From Desulfatiglandales bacterium (lineage in GTDB: Bacteria > Desulfobacterota > DSM-4660 > Desulfatiglandales > HGW-15), in NCBI GenBank assembly GCA_963667015.2, contig CAXXJJ010000004.1:2880001-2944000 (forward strand): a DNA stretch of 64,000 nt. Reading direction: 5' to 3'. Positions within the stretch are counted from its first letter, which is position 1, and every line of letters begins with the position of its first letter. Shown piece after piece: positions 9,969 to 20,777 of this stretch. The notes under the pieces are model-generated. The model saw nothing but the letters and a program-made list of their open reading frames with translations. It searched no databases and had not been told where the DNA came from. The position numbers and the translations under genes were made by a program.

Positions 9969-12830
9969 CTATTCCTTTGCGCCGCAGCATTTTTTATACT
10001 TCTTTCCGCTGCCGCAGGGGCATGGATCGTTTCTGCCTACCTTTTTCCCCTCTCTTTTGACCGGGGCAGGTTTATCTCCCGGATCACCGTGGCTTAGCTG
10101 CATCTGTCTCTTTTTCTGTTTCGGCATCTCTTCAGGTTTTTCCCTCATGAGCTGTATCCTTGAAAGTGTCATAAGTATCTCATCACTTATCCGCCCGTCA
10201 AGCTGATGGAAAAGTTCAAACCCGTCCTTCTGATACTCCTTTAAAGGATCCTGCTGCGCATATCCCCTGAGACCTATACCTTCCTTCAGCTGATCCATAT
10301 CCTGAAGGTGTCTTAACCATTGATTATCAATAATCTGAAGCATTATTATCTTATGGATGGAGAGAAGCTCGGATTTATCAATTCCTTTTACCCTTGCCTC
10401 ATTTGCCTCCCTGACCTGGGTTTTAAGCATCTCTGCCAAGGTTTCCTGCGTAAGCGAGTTGAACTCTTCCTCACCGATATCATCTGAATTAATTCTGGGC
10501 CTGACCCCGAATATTCTTATGGTGCTTTCCATCAAGCCCTGGATATCCCAGTCTTCGGGATAGGCCTTGGGATCGATATGCATCTCAACAAGTGAATCAA
10601 TCTTGTCTTCAGTCATGTCGCGGGCAATATCTTCTATGCCTTCACCCGTTAAAATCTTTCGCCGCAGAGAATATATAATCTCCCTGTGCTTGTTCATAAC
10701 ATCATCATACTCAAGGAGATGCTTTCTCATATCAAAATTGTGGGCCTCAACCTTTCGCTGGGCATTTTCAATAGCCTTGGAAATCAGGCCGGCTTCAATA
10801 GGCTCTCCCTCTTCCATACCTAGCCGGTTCATGATGCCTGCAATCCGTTCGGAACCGAATATCCTTAAGAGATCATCTTCGAGCGAGAGATAGAATCTTG
10901 ATGATCCGGGGTCGCCCTGACGGCCCGACCTACCTCTTAGCTGGTTGTCAATTCGGCGGCTTTCATGCCGTTCAGTTCCCAGTATGTGAAGCCCGCCAAG
11001 CTCTTTGACCCCTTCTCCAAGAACAATATCCGTACCACGTCCAGCCATGTTGGTTGATATTGTGACTGTCTTGGCCTGCCCGGCGTTTGCAACTATCTCA
11101 GCCTCTTTCTGGTGATGCTTGGCATTAAGGACTTCGTGGGGAACCCCCGCCCTTTTAAGCATCTTATGGAGGACTTCGGATTTTTCAATGGATATTGTAC
11201 CGACCAGAACAGGCTGTCCCTTTTCATACAGCTCTTTGATTTCCTGGACAACTGCGTTGTATTTTTCCCGCTCTGTCTTGTATATGACATCGGAAAAATC
11301 CTTGCGGACCATTTCCCTGTTGGTTGGAATTACTGTAACACCAAGTTTATATATATTGTGAAATTCGCCAGCCTCTGTATCTGCAGTACCAGTCATACCC
11401 GCAAGCTTTTCATACATCCTGAAAAAATTCTGAAAGGTAATAGTCGCCAGGGTCTGGTTCTCTTCTGCCACCCTTACCCCTTCCTTGGCCTCAACCGCCT
11501 GATGCAGTCCATCGCTCCACCTTCTGCCCGGCATCATACGGCCTGTAAATTCATCAACAATAACTACCTGATCATCCTTCACCACATACTGCACATCCTT
11601 TTCAAAAAGCCAGTATGCCTTTATAAGCTGCTGTGTGGCGTGTAACAACTCGGAGGTACGCATATAATCTGCTTCCAGTTCCCTGAGTTTTTCCGCCTTT
11701 TCATCATCGCTTAAGTTTTTATCTTCCCTGATATTGTGACTCTCTTCATCTATATCGGGCAGAGAAAAATCTCCTGCCCCGGTCTCTGAAAGATACTTGA
11801 TGCCCTTTTCAGTCAGCTCAACGGAATTGCTTCGCTCATCAATGACGCAGTACAAATCCTGGTCAAGTTCGGGAAGGAGTTTCTGGCTGCGCATTGCGCT
11901 TTCTTCATTGTCTACCCGTTTTGCCAGGGAATGGTTCTTGGATATTAAGTCAAGATAGCCCGGATTTTTAGGGTCACCCCTTTTTACCCTGAGAAGAATC
12001 TGGATAGTCTCCCCGTCCGCATCAGATTCCTTCAGCCGCTCCTTTGCATCATTCAGCATCGCCCTGATAACCGTGTTCTGTTTCTTTTTCAGGTTGATGA
12101 CAAGGGGCTTAGCCTCCATAAAAATCTTGTTCTCACTGTGCTCGACCGGGCCGCTGATAATCAGAGGAGTCCTTGACTCATCAATCAGTATACTGTCAAC
12201 CTCATCCACAATGGTGAAATAGTACTCTCGCTGGACAAGGTCCTCCATGTCAAACTTCATATTATCTCTCAGGTAATCAAACCCGAACTCATTGTTTGTT
12301 CCATAGGTGATATCACAGCCATAGGCCTGTTTTCGTTCACTGTCAGTCATGCCGTGAACGATCACTCCAACGGACATTCCCAGAAAATTGTAGATCTTCC
12401 CCATCCATTCGGCATCACGTTTTGCAAGATAGTCATTTACGGTAACCAGATGAACACCCCTGGAGGTCAATGCATTCAGGTAAAGAGGCAGGGTAGCTGC
12501 AAGGGTTTTACCTTCACCGGTTTTCATTTCTGCGATATTGCCTTCATGCAGGACTATACCTCCTATCAACTGTACATCATAATGACGCATGCCGAGAACC
12601 CTCACCGATGCTTCCCTTACAGTAGAAAAGGCTTCGGGCAGGATTTCATCAATGGTTTCACCCTTTTTAAGCCGTTCCCTGTATTCTTCGGTTTTTGCCT
12701 TCAGCTGATCATCTGTCAGATTCTTGAATTCAGGCTCAAGCACATTAATTTTGTCGACAATAGGCTGTATCCTTTTTAATTCCCGATCATTGCTGCTGCC
12801 GAATACTTTTTTTATCAGGCTACCAATCAT
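9969..12830 (-). CDS. secA: Preprotein translocase ATPase SecA
   Basis: [33 protein letters not shown]-terminal [18 protein letters not shown]. Confidence 0.98.
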   Translation of the reverse strand: MIGSLIKKVFGSSNDRELKRIQPIVDKINVLEPEFKNLTDDQLKAKTEEYRERLKKGETIDEILPEAFSTVREASVRVLGMRHYDVQLIGGIVLHEGNIAEMKTGEGKTLAATLPLYLNALTSRGVHLVTVNDYLAKRDAEWMGKIYNFLGMSVGVIVHGMTDSERKQAYGCDITYGTNNEFGFDYLRDNMKFDMEDLVQREYYFTIVDEVDSILIDESRTPLIISGPVEHSENKIFMEAKPLVINLKKKQNTVIRAMLNDAKERLKESDADGETIQILLRVKRGDPKNPGYLDLISKNHSLAKRVDNEESAMRSQKLLPELDQDLYCVIDERSNSVELTEKGIKYLSETGAGDFSLPDIDEESHNIREDKNLSDDEKAEKLRELEADYMRTSELLHATQQLIKAYWLFEKDVQYVVKDDQVVIVDEFTGRMMPGRRWSDGLHQAVEAKEGVRVAEENQTLATITFQNFFRMYEKLAGMTGTADTEAGEFHNIYKLGVTVIPTNREMVRKDFSDVIYKTEREKYNAVVQEIKELYEKGQPVLVGTISIEKSEVLHKMLKRAGVPHEVLNAKHHQKEAEIVANAGQAKTVTISTNMAGRGTDIVLGEGVKELGGLHILGTERHESRRIDNQLRGRSGRQGDPGSSRFYLSLEDDLLRIFGSERIAGIMNRLGMEEGEPIEAGLISKAIENAQRKVEAHNFDMRKHLLEYDDVMNKHREIIYSLRRKILTGEGIEDIARDMTEDKIDSLVEMHIDPKAYPEDWDIQGLMESTIRIFGVRPRINSDDIGEEEFNSLTQETLAEMLKTQVREANEARVKGIDKSELLSIHKIIMLQIIDNQWLRHLQDMDQLKEGIGLRGYAQQDPLKEYQKDGFELFHQLDGRISDEILMTLSRIQLMREKPEEMPKQKKRQMQLSHGDPGDKPAPVKREGKKVGRNDPCPCGSGKKYKKCCGAKE

Positions 12831-13189
12831 AATATATATTCCAACTCCTGGTTCAGATGATGTTTTTAATATTCCTATATTTTAACTATATGATTTTAAT
12901 AACGATAATATTAGAATCAATCTATTATTTTAAAATTAAACAATATTATCATATTTTTTCATGATGAGGTCAGTGAAAGGCACAGTATCACCCAATTAAT
13001 CTCTTTTCAAAGGATATTTAACATACTTCTTCTTTCTTATTCTTACTTCCTTATCACAATAAAATAAAACAATAAATTATTATGTTTTTAATTTTTCAGC
13101 AGAAAAAGGTGACACGTGTGGCAAAAATACAAAAGATCCTTCTTCACAAAAGTCGGAAGGGAAGAAGAGAGGTGTTGAAAGATACGTTA

Positions 13190-14110
13190 TTATCTTTCTA
13201 TTTTATCCAGGATGTAAATTTTAGGATTAACAGGGACATCATTCCGATATACTTCATAGTGCAGGTGCGGTCCGGTTGAACGGCCGGTACTGCCTATAAG
13301 TGCAATTTCTTCTCCACGTTTAACTGCCTGCCCTTTAGTAACAAGGATTTTAGACAGATGGCCATATCTGGTTTTATAGCCATATCCGTGGCTGATAGTT
13401 ATATAATTTCCAAGAGAACTACTTTTCCCGGCAATAGAAATATATCCGTCAGCAGGGGCGATTACAGGACTTCCTTTCCGGGCGGAGATATCCAGACCCT
13501 GATGAAATTCTTTCTTTCCTGTAAAGGGAGATTTTCTATACCCGAAACCGTCATTGGGCCAACCCTTTGCGGGCCATATGGAGGGAGTACAGGCCAATAT
13601 GGATTTCTGGTTTTCCAGAAATTTAAATAATTCGTTTTTTTCCTCGGTTTCAACAGAGATTGCAGTATCCAGATTATCAAGTGATTGGTGCATGAGACGT
13701 ACTAATTTCTTATGGGCATTTTCAACTGAATACTCGGAATCAATGAATGCCGAATCAGGTCCGCCAACTCCCAGAAACTGAGTGTTATCAACTCCGGGCT
13801 CAAGATCGGCCATGACCTTGAGTTTGTTATCAAACTCTATTAACTCAACCATCTTGCTGTTAATTACATCTATTTTATTTGTAAGGGCTACCAGCTGTGC
13901 TTCCTTCTGGTTGTTTTCCTCAACCAGTCTGGCGTGTTCCGGAACCTGTGATTTTACCTTATAGTAATCCATTGAACCCCAGACAAGGGCACCGGTGGCT
14001 GCAAACATAAAAATAAGAATGAGACCCAGAAATAACTTAGGGATCTTAACCTGTTTTACGGTATTAACACCGTCGGGAAGTATTACTATTGTTACCTTTT
14101 TTAAAGCCAC
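13190..14110 (-). CDS. M23 family metallopeptidase
   Basis: TM helix, coiled coil, HQGLD, GSTGRSTGPHLHYEV. Confidence 0.92.
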   Translation of the reverse strand: MALKKVTIVILPDGVNTVKQVKIPKLFLGLILIFMFAATGALVWGSMDYYKVKSQVPEHARLVEENNQKEAQLVALTNKIDVINSKMVELIEFDNKLKVMADLEPGVDNTQFLGVGGPDSAFIDSEYSVENAHKKLVRLMHQSLDNLDTAISVETEEKNELFKFLENQKSILACTPSIWPAKGWPNDGFGYRKSPFTGKKEFHQGLDISARKGSPVIAPADGYISIAGKSSSLGNYITISHGYGYKTRYGHLSKILVTKGQAVKRGEEIALIGSTGRSTGPHLHYEVYRNDVPVNPKIYILDKIER

Positions 14111-14228
14111 AATATTACGTTTCCTGTTTTGCTAATGATTGAGTATTTATGAAGATAAACCATTTTAAAAAGCCTAATACCAGTTTGGGTAGTTAGCACA
14201 AACCCTGAAAAAATGTCAACTGTTATGT

Positions 14229-16073
14229 TTATATATCGGTATCCGGTCCATAAGAGTTTAAAAGAATTTTTTTCATCTCTACTGCCATAGTCCTGGTTAC
14301 GCCTTTGACCTGTGCAAGTTCATCTTCGGTTGCCTGCCTTATTGCCTCAATGCTGCCGAACTCCTTTAAAAGGAGCTTTCTTTTTGTCGGCCCTATACCG
14401 GGAACAAGATCAAGGGCAGACTTAATGGTTTCCTTCTTTCTCAACTTCCGATGATAGGTTACTGCCCTTCTGTGAACCTCATCCCTTATACCCATAATCA
14501 GAAGAAGCACCGGGTGATCACTGTTTAGACGGAGGGGATTTTTTCTTCCGGGAAGATATAATTTATCACCCCTGGCACCCTGCTCCCTCTCCTTTGCAAT
14601 GGCAAGAAGTGCAGGAGGTTCTATCCCGTGAAATCCTTCAATAACCCGGCTTACTGCAAGCAAATGCCCTTTTCCACCATCAATTATAAAAAGGTCAGGA
14701 AGATCACCTCCTGAAAGCCGCCGGTTTACCATTTCCGACATCATTTCATAATCATCAATGCCGTCAACTTCTTTTATCCTGTAATTCCTGTACCCCTCCT
14801 TATAGGGCTTGCCATCAATAAATGCAACAATTGTGCCAACAGCCTGATTCCCCTGAAGATTTGATATATCCATTGCCTCCATTCTGCGGGGAATTTTATC
14901 CAGTTTCAAAACTGATTTTACCATCTCAAGGAGCTCTCCGGATGCCAGTTTTTCCACTCTATTCAGGATATTTTCAGCATTTTTAACAGCCAGGCGGACA
15001 ATCCCAACCTTTTTCCCGCGAACAGGGTGATGGATAGATATTTTCTTTCCCGATAGGGAAGATAACCAGCCTGAAATTGAATCCGACTCATTAATATCAT
15101 GTGAAATAAGTATGTTTTTAGGTACATACCTGTCTCCATGATAATACTGTTTCAGAAATGCCTCTATTATTTCTGAAGGAGAAACATCCCGGTTTTCAAA
15201 CCTGAAATCTCTGCTCCCGGTAATAACACCCTTCCGGGAAAAAAATATTACAACCTGTGAAATCCCGTTTTTCCTGGCAATTCCTATAATATCCTGGTCT
15301 TCCCGCCTTGTAGAGACTACATTCTGGTTCTCGATAGTCTTATGAACCGCCTTTATCTGATCTCTCACTCTTGCGGCATCCTCATACTTCTCCTCCTGGG
15401 CAAACCTCTTCATGTCTCTTTCAAGCTGCTTTATCAGTTCCCTGCTCCTGCCCTCAAGAAACAGCCGCACATTATTGACAATTATCCTGTACTGCTCAAC
15501 CGGGACCTCAAAGGTGCACGGCCCGAGACATCTTCCCAGCTGGTAATTCAAACAGGGCCTTGTCCTGCCGGTCATAAAGCTTTTTGAGCATTTTCTGAGT
15601 CTGAAGATCCTGTTGATTAACTTTATGGTATTTCGAACGGATCCTGAGGATGAAAAGGGACCAAAATAGAATGCATTGTCATTTCTTATCTTTCTTACAA
15701 ATTCCAGCCTCGGATATGGCTCATCCGTCCTTATTTTCAGGTATGGATACTGTTTGTCATCCCTCAGGATAATATTGTACCTGGGCATGTGTTTTTTAAT
15801 AAGGGTACTTTCTAGAATAAATGCCTCGTTTTCAGTACCGGTCAGTATATACTCCAGGTATCTTGCCTTTGAGACCATTATAACCGTCTTCGGGGTCATT
15901 TCCGATGGAGAATTGAAATACGAGGACACCCTGTTTTTAAGATTCTTGGCCTTGCCCACATATATCACCCTCTCGGCACTGTCCCTGAAAAGGTACACAC
16001 CGGGATCGCCGGGAAGATCCTTCTTAAACTCACTGTCCTTGATGGAGTATCTATTCTGAGCTGATGGAACCAT
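14229..16073 (-). CDS. uvrC: Excinuclease ABC subunit C
   Basis: GIY-YIG (PGVYLF..IYVGKAKNL), UVR domain, DGGKG, HhH (GIGP). Confidence 0.97.
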   Translation of the reverse strand: MVPSAQNRYSIKDSEFKKDLPGDPGVYLFRDSAERVIYVGKAKNLKNRVSSYFNSPSEMTPKTVIMVSKARYLEYILTGTENEAFILESTLIKKHMPRYNIILRDDKQYPYLKIRTDEPYPRLEFVRKIRNDNAFYFGPFSSSGSVRNTIKLINRIFRLRKCSKSFMTGRTRPCLNYQLGRCLGPCTFEVPVEQYRIIVNNVRLFLEGRSRELIKQLERDMKRFAQEEKYEDAARVRDQIKAVHKTIENQNVVSTRREDQDIIGIARKNGISQVVIFFSRKGVITGSRDFRFENRDVSPSEIIEAFLKQYYHGDRYVPKNILISHDINESDSISGWLSSLSGKKISIHHPVRGKKVGIVRLAVKNAENILNRVEKLASGELLEMVKSVLKLDKIPRRMEAMDISNLQGNQAVGTIVAFIDGKPYKEGYRNYRIKEVDGIDDYEMMSEMVNRRLSGGDLPDLFIIDGGKGHLLAVSRVIEGFHGIEPPALLAIAKEREQGARGDKLYLPGRKNPLRLNSDHPVLLLIMGIRDEVHRRAVTYHRKLRKKETIKSALDLVPGIGPTKRKLLLKEFGSIEAIRQATEDELAQVKGVTRTMAVEMKKILLNSYGPDTDI

Positions 16074-16181
16074 AATAAAATTAAATATCAGTATTTGGTG
16101 TTGATGTCTTGATCAATATAAGGTTAGGTGATAGATATTACAAGATTATAGTAATATCTATCAATTTATATTAATCGTGAC

Positions 16182-17195
16182 ATGCCCATGAAATCATCCA
16201 TTCATCCCCGGCTTATCAATGACCCCTTTTCGGATCCGGGACTTTTTATACCTTTTTTATATGAAAAAAGGGCCATCCTGTTTGATCTTGGCGAAATAAA
16301 TCTTCTTACACCAAGGGATCTCCTGAAGATCTCCCATGTATTTGTTACCCACGCACATATGGACCATTTTATCGGGTTTGACCGACTATTGAGAATCTTT
16401 CTGGGAAGAGAAAAAGAGCTCCACCTGTTTGGCCCGCCAGGCTTTTTTGAACATGTTGAAGGAAAACTCAGGGGATACACATGGAACCTGGTAGAAGAAT
16501 ATGAATATGACCTTGTATTAAATGTATCGGAAATGCATAGCAACAGGATGTTGACAAGAAAATACCTCTGTAAAGATGGCTTCGGACACGGCGATACTGA
16601 ATCCTCGGATATTATTTCCGGTGTGCTGCATGAAAATCCAAGGTTCCGGATCCGGGGGGAGTTAATGGATCACCGCATTCCATGCTTAGGGCTTTCCATG
16701 GAGGAAAATTTTTCGATAAATATTGTTAACGAGGAACTGGAAAGGCTTAATCTTGAAGCCGGCCCCTGGCTCACAAGGTTTAAGAGAGAGCTCTATGCAA
16801 AAAGCCCTGAGCATAGGGACTTTTTTGTCACCAGAGAGGAAAAGGGGGAGGTACTGGATAAAAAAAGGTTCAGGTTAGGAGAGCTTGCCGGGAAAATAGC
16901 CAGGATTACCCCCGGACAGAAGATCACCTATGTAACCGATGTAATAGGAAACGATGAAAACAAGCAGAAAATCATTGATCTTGCCAGAGATGCCGATCAC
17001 CTGTTCATTGAGGCAGCGTTCATGGAACAGGATGCATCAGCTGCGAGAGAAAAATATCACCTTACAGCGGCTGAAGCTGGCAGGTTTGCCAGGGAGGCCG
17101 GTGTAAAAAAACTTACACTGTTCCATTTTTCTCCAAGATACCGCCACATGGAAGAAGAGCTGATTAAGGAGGCAATGGCGGCGTTCAGAGGCTGA
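16182..17195 (+). CDS. Ribonuclease Z-like metallo-beta-lactamase
   Basis: THAHMDHFIG, YVTD, IEAAF, HLTA, LFHFSPRY. Confidence 0.8.
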   Translation: MPMKSSIHPRLINDPFSDPGLFIPFLYEKRAILFDLGEINLLTPRDLLKISHVFVTHAHMDHFIGFDRLLRIFLGREKELHLFGPPGFFEHVEGKLRGYTWNLVEEYEYDLVLNVSEMHSNRMLTRKYLCKDGFGHGDTESSDIISGVLHENPRFRIRGELMDHRIPCLGLSMEENFSINIVNEELERLNLEAGPWLTRFKRELYAKSPEHRDFFVTREEKGEVLDKKRFRLGELAGKIARITPGQKITYVTDVIGNDENKQKIIDLARDADHLFIEAAFMEQDASAAREKYHLTAAEAGRFAREAGVKKLTLFHFSPRYRHMEEELIKEAMAAFRG

Positions 17196-17207
17196 CAGAT
17201 ATAAATA

Positions 17208-17244
17208 AAAAAGGCGGCGCTCCGGAGCGCCGCCTTTTATTTTT
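17208..17244. terminator. Bidirectional intrinsic terminator
   Basis: AAAAGGCGGCGCTCC/GGAGCGCCGCCTTTT hairpin between convergent genes. Confidence 0.85.
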
Positions 17245-17256
17245 CAAAAAATAAAA

Positions 17257-17715
17257 TTATTTATACATACCCGTATCGCAGGCTATCATATGAGCGATCG
17301 GACGTGTAACATTTTTAACAGTAAGAGGGCCGTGTTTTACTCCCGGAGGAATAAAAGCGGTAAAGCTCTCTGTAATAGTGTATGTTTCACCATCAACTGT
17401 GAATTCAATTTCAGCGCCAAGGTCCATGATATCATCGTAATTCAGGCCGTAAAAGCACATCAGTTCGCCGAATTCATGTGTATGTTCTTCCTTAAAATTC
17501 GGATTGTCACCGGTATAGTTTTCGCCGAATCCCGGGAGAATCCACATCATTTCATTATAAAAGGTTGCCCCCTCAATGGTATCAGCATCTACATGGGTCA
17601 TCCTTATTATCTTTTCGGAGTCTGTGTTCAGCCTGTATGAGGGAAGTTTGAGGTCTTTTTTATCATCAAATATGAAATATTTTGAATATTTTTTTTCTGA
17701 CATAGTATTTCTCAC
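17257..17715 (-). CDS. Cupin-like hypothetical protein
   Basis: HTHEFGE and FIPPGVKHGP cupin-type motifs. Confidence 0.6.
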   Translation of the reverse strand: MRNTMSEKKYSKYFIFDDKKDLKLPSYRLNTDSEKIIRMTHVDADTIEGATFYNEMMWILPGFGENYTGDNPNFKEEHTHEFGELMCFYGLNYDDIMDLGAEIEFTVDGETYTITESFTAFIPPGVKHGPLTVKNVTRPIAHMIACDTGMYK

Positions 17716-17762
17716 TTATATTTATTAGTTTACCTTGATTAGTCCTGTATAATCAGTTCATG

Positions 17763-18257
17763 CTATACGTAATTTTCACCCGGCCCCATTGTGAAATGGA
17801 AAAGCGGTTTGGTCATGTTATGCATTTTTATAGGGCAATGAACTATATTTTCAGGAACATATACGACAAAGGATTTGTCAAAAACATACTTTTCATCTTC
17901 GATCCATATCTCGACTTCGCATCCCAGGTCCTTTGGATTATTCATATCTGTACCATAATAGGAAAGTAATTCCGGAAATGTATGGGCGTGAGGCGGAATA
18001 CCATGTTTATCCTCTTCGCCGGGTTTTGGTGGTTCAATAACACGACCGGTCATGGATGGAGGCCAGAACCAGACAGCCTCGGCATAAAATGCCCCGGGAA
18101 TAACATTGGAGTCCATCCAGACCATATGTTCCATCATTCGTCTCAGGCCGTCTTCAAGCGGCCCCTGACCCATTATAGCCTTTTCCCAGGCCCTTTCCTC
18201 GGGCAATTGAAATCCGTCATAAAATTCGGTGAGGATATATTTACCGTATTTTCCCAT
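17763..18257 (-). CDS. Cupin-like hypothetical protein (paralog of its neighbour)
   Basis: HAHTFPE and YVPENIVHCP; shares DLGxExE with 17257-17715. Confidence 0.6.
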   Translation of the reverse strand: MGKYGKYILTEFYDGFQLPEERAWEKAIMGQGPLEDGLRRMMEHMVWMDSNVIPGAFYAEAVWFWPPSMTGRVIEPPKPGEEDKHGIPPHAHTFPELLSYYGTDMNNPKDLGCEVEIWIEDEKYVFDKSFVVYVPENIVHCPIKMHNMTKPLFHFTMGPGENYV

Positions 18258-18437
18258 TCTTTAATTCTCCTTTTTATTACTACCTCGATTTTTTCAAAAC
18301 AAAGTATAGTGTTGACTGGATAAAAACCTGTTTTTTCAAGAAAAGAAGTATAAAGTTTAAGGTATTGCGTGTCAAGTTCATATATGACTTGACAACATAC
18401 TATATAGATGATAGCCAGATTGTTTTTGTTTTATTAA

Positions 18438-18550
18438 CTCCTTGTTCCGCGACTCAGGTATTTGAATCATTTTTCGGAGTATTTAAGAGGAGACATGAAT
18501 TAAAGTCTGGATTTGCGGGACCAAAATTAACGCCCGAAAGGAGAACACTT
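18438..18550 (+). promoter_or_regulatory. Possible structured rpsF leader (S6:S18 autoregulatory type)
   Basis: TCCGCGA...TTGCGGGA can pair; CCCGAAAGGAG next to the rpsF SD; family assignment is inference. Confidence 0.35.
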
Positions 18551-18973
18551 ATGAGGCATTACGAAATAATTTATATTGTCAACCCCAACCTCAACGGAGA
18601 TGATTATCACGACCTGTTAAAAAAATACAGTGAAATCATAGAAAACAATAAGGGAGTTATTGTTAAAACCGATGAATGGGGCAAACAGAGACTGGCCTAC
18701 AGGATCAGAAAATTCTACAATGGTGTTTTTGTGTATGTTGAATTCTGCGCTGAGGCCGAATCAATCGCTGAACTCGAAAGAAACCTTAAACTTGACGATA
18801 ACATTCTGAAATTTCAGACTGTTAAACTCGCTGATCAGGCAGACCCTGAAGAACTGCTTCAAAAGGCCCAGGCTTCGCAGAAACCAGTGGAGGAAGCCGC
18901 TGAGGAAACCGATGAGCAGGATGATAATGATGATCAGGACGAAGAAAGCGAGGTAGAAGATGGAGAGGAATAA
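18551..18973 (+). CDS. rpsF: 30S ribosomal protein S6
   Basis: [22 protein letters not shown]; start moved to ATG 18551 after AAGGAG. Confidence 0.95.
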   Translation: MRHYEIIYIVNPNLNGDDYHDLLKKYSEIIENNKGVIVKTDEWGKQRLAYRIRKFYNGVFVYVEFCAEAESIAELERNLKLDDNILKFQTVKLADQADPEELLQKAQASQKPVEEAAEETDEQDDNDDQDEESEVEDGEE

Positions 18974-19211
18974 CAGAAGAGGCGGAATGTCATATCACAG
19001 AAGAAAAGTTTGCAGATTCTGTGCGGACAGCACCCTGGCGATTGATTATAAGGATCATAAAATGCTCAGGTTGTTTACAACCGAGCGAGGCAAAATAGTC
19101 CCGAGAAGAATTTCAGGCAATTGCGCCAAGCACCAGAGGAAACTCACAGTAGAAATAAAAAGAGCCCGCAATATCGCATTGTTGCCCTATACAACAGCAA
19201 CAATAAGATAA
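18960..19211 (+). CDS. rpsR: 30S ribosomal protein S18
   Basis: [37 protein letters not shown]. Confidence 0.97.
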   Translation: MERNNRRGGMSYHRRKVCRFCADSTLAIDYKDHKMLRLFTTERGKIVPRRISGNCAKHQRKLTVEIKRARNIALLPYTTATIR

Positions 19212-19237
19212 GGCGAAGATAATAAATCCATCGGGAC

Positions 19238-20182
19238 ATGACCATTTCAAACATATTGGGTTGTACCGGGTCGGTTATTTTCGTCCTGCTGGCATCTGTA
19301 TGGATTCCCTTTTTCGGACCCCTTCTGAGTTTACTTACTCCTCTGCCTTTTCTCTTTTATACAAGTAAATTGGGTCTGAAGGAAGGTATCAAGGTATCGT
19401 TTTCCGCTCTTCTTGCCATTGGAATTCTGGCAAAGCTGCTGGGGGAACCGAACCTTGTAATATTTTATCTTCAACTGGGGATCGTGGGTGTAATACTGAG
19501 CGAGTTGTTCAAAAGGGAATATTCCTATTCCCGTACTATTTTTGGGGGAACCCTGCTTGTGCTTCTTGTAGGGTTTGCCTTTATGCTCTTTGTCAGTATA
19601 ACAACAGGGGAAACCCCTACTAAAATGATAGACACGTCCCTGCAGGAGAACATAGATGCTATGGTCGGGTTTTACGAAAAGGGAGGACTGGAACCTGAAA
19701 AGGTTGCTAATTTGAAGGAATTTGGTTCTATATTTCTCAATCTTTTCAAAAAAATCTATCCCGCTATTGCAGTGATAAGCGCCGGTCTTATTGTGTGGCT
19801 TAACGTGGTAATAAGCAAACCGCTTTTTCGTATCAAGGGGGTAAGATATCCTGATTTGGGCCGTGCGGATATGTGGAGGGCGCCGGAATCCCTGGTCTGG
19901 GGGTTAATAGCAGCCGGGTTTGCAATGCTGCTGCCGATATCGGCCCTGAATTCCGCAGCATTAAATGCACTGATAATTATTACAGTCATTTATATGTTTA
20001 ACGGTTTATCAATAGTCCTGTTCCTTTTTAAAAAGTATAATGTACCTGCATTGACCCGGTATGTAATATACCTGATCATACTCCTGCAGCAGCTTTCCAT
20101 AATTATACTTGCCCTGATGGGCATTTTTGATCAATGGATTGATTTCAGGAAGATACACAGTAAAGCCCGGACTACAGAGTAG
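19238..20182 (+). CDS. YybS / DUF2232 membrane protein
   Basis: Multi-TM, ends GIFDQWIDFRK; rpsR-yybS-rplI synteny. Confidence 0.85.
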   Translation: MTISNILGCTGSVIFVLLASVWIPFFGPLLSLLTPLPFLFYTSKLGLKEGIKVSFSALLAIGILAKLLGEPNLVIFYLQLGIVGVILSELFKREYSYSRTIFGGTLLVLLVGFAFMLFVSITTGETPTKMIDTSLQENIDAMVGFYEKGGLEPEKVANLKEFGSIFLNLFKKIYPAIAVISAGLIVWLNVVISKPLFRIKGVRYPDLGRADMWRAPESLVWGLIAAGFAMLLPISALNSAALNALIIITVIYMFNGLSIVLFLFKKYNVPALTRYVIYLIILLQQLSIIILALMGIFDQWIDFRKIHSKARTTE

Positions 20183-20289
20183 GTGCATACAAAATAGTAA
20201 ATTCTGCAGCCAGGTGAGTAAAAATTGATTTAAACGAATTAATTATTTATATTGACGCAGGCTGTCAGTTTAATTTTGGAGGAAAATAA

Positions 20290-20736
20290 ATGAAAGTTAT
20301 ATTAACAACAGAAATAGATACACTGGGCCTTGAAGGTGATACAGTTGATGTGGCAAAAGGATATGCCAGAAACTATCTTATCCCCCAGGGATTTGCCCTT
20401 GAAGCGAACATGCAGAACATCAAAATGATGGAGATGCAGAAGAAAAAAATCGATGAACGCAGATTAAAGGCAAAGGAAAGCGCCGAACAGGCAAGAGACC
20501 TTATCAGGGAAAAGGTAATCACCATTACCCAGAAGGCCGGGGAAGAGGACAAGCTTTACGGGTCTGTAACCACTATGGATATAGCCGAAGCAATGGAAAA
20601 AGCCGATATTACAATTGACCGCAGAAAGATTGTACTGGATAAGCCGATAAAAAGCCTCGGGGAATATGAAGTTTCAATCAAACTTCATCCTGAAGTAACA
20701 GGAACCATCAAGGTTGTTGTCGCACCCGAGGAGTAA
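20290..20736 (+). CDS. rplI: 50S ribosomal protein L9
   Basis: MKVIL, VAKGYARNYLIP, KLYGSVT, IKLHPEV. Confidence 0.97.
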   Translation: MKVILTTEIDTLGLEGDTVDVAKGYARNYLIPQGFALEANMQNIKMMEMQKKKIDERRLKAKESAEQARDLIREKVITITQKAGEEDKLYGSVTTMDIAEAMEKADITIDRRKIVLDKPIKSLGEYEVSIKLHPEVTGTIKVVVAPEE

Positions 20737-20777
20737 AATTTTTCCTCTATTAAAGTTTCACCAGGGATCACTATTAT

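Noticed and set aside
18365..18550. N-terminal extension of RpsF
   Set aside because: S6 similarity and the SD sequence place the start at 18551.
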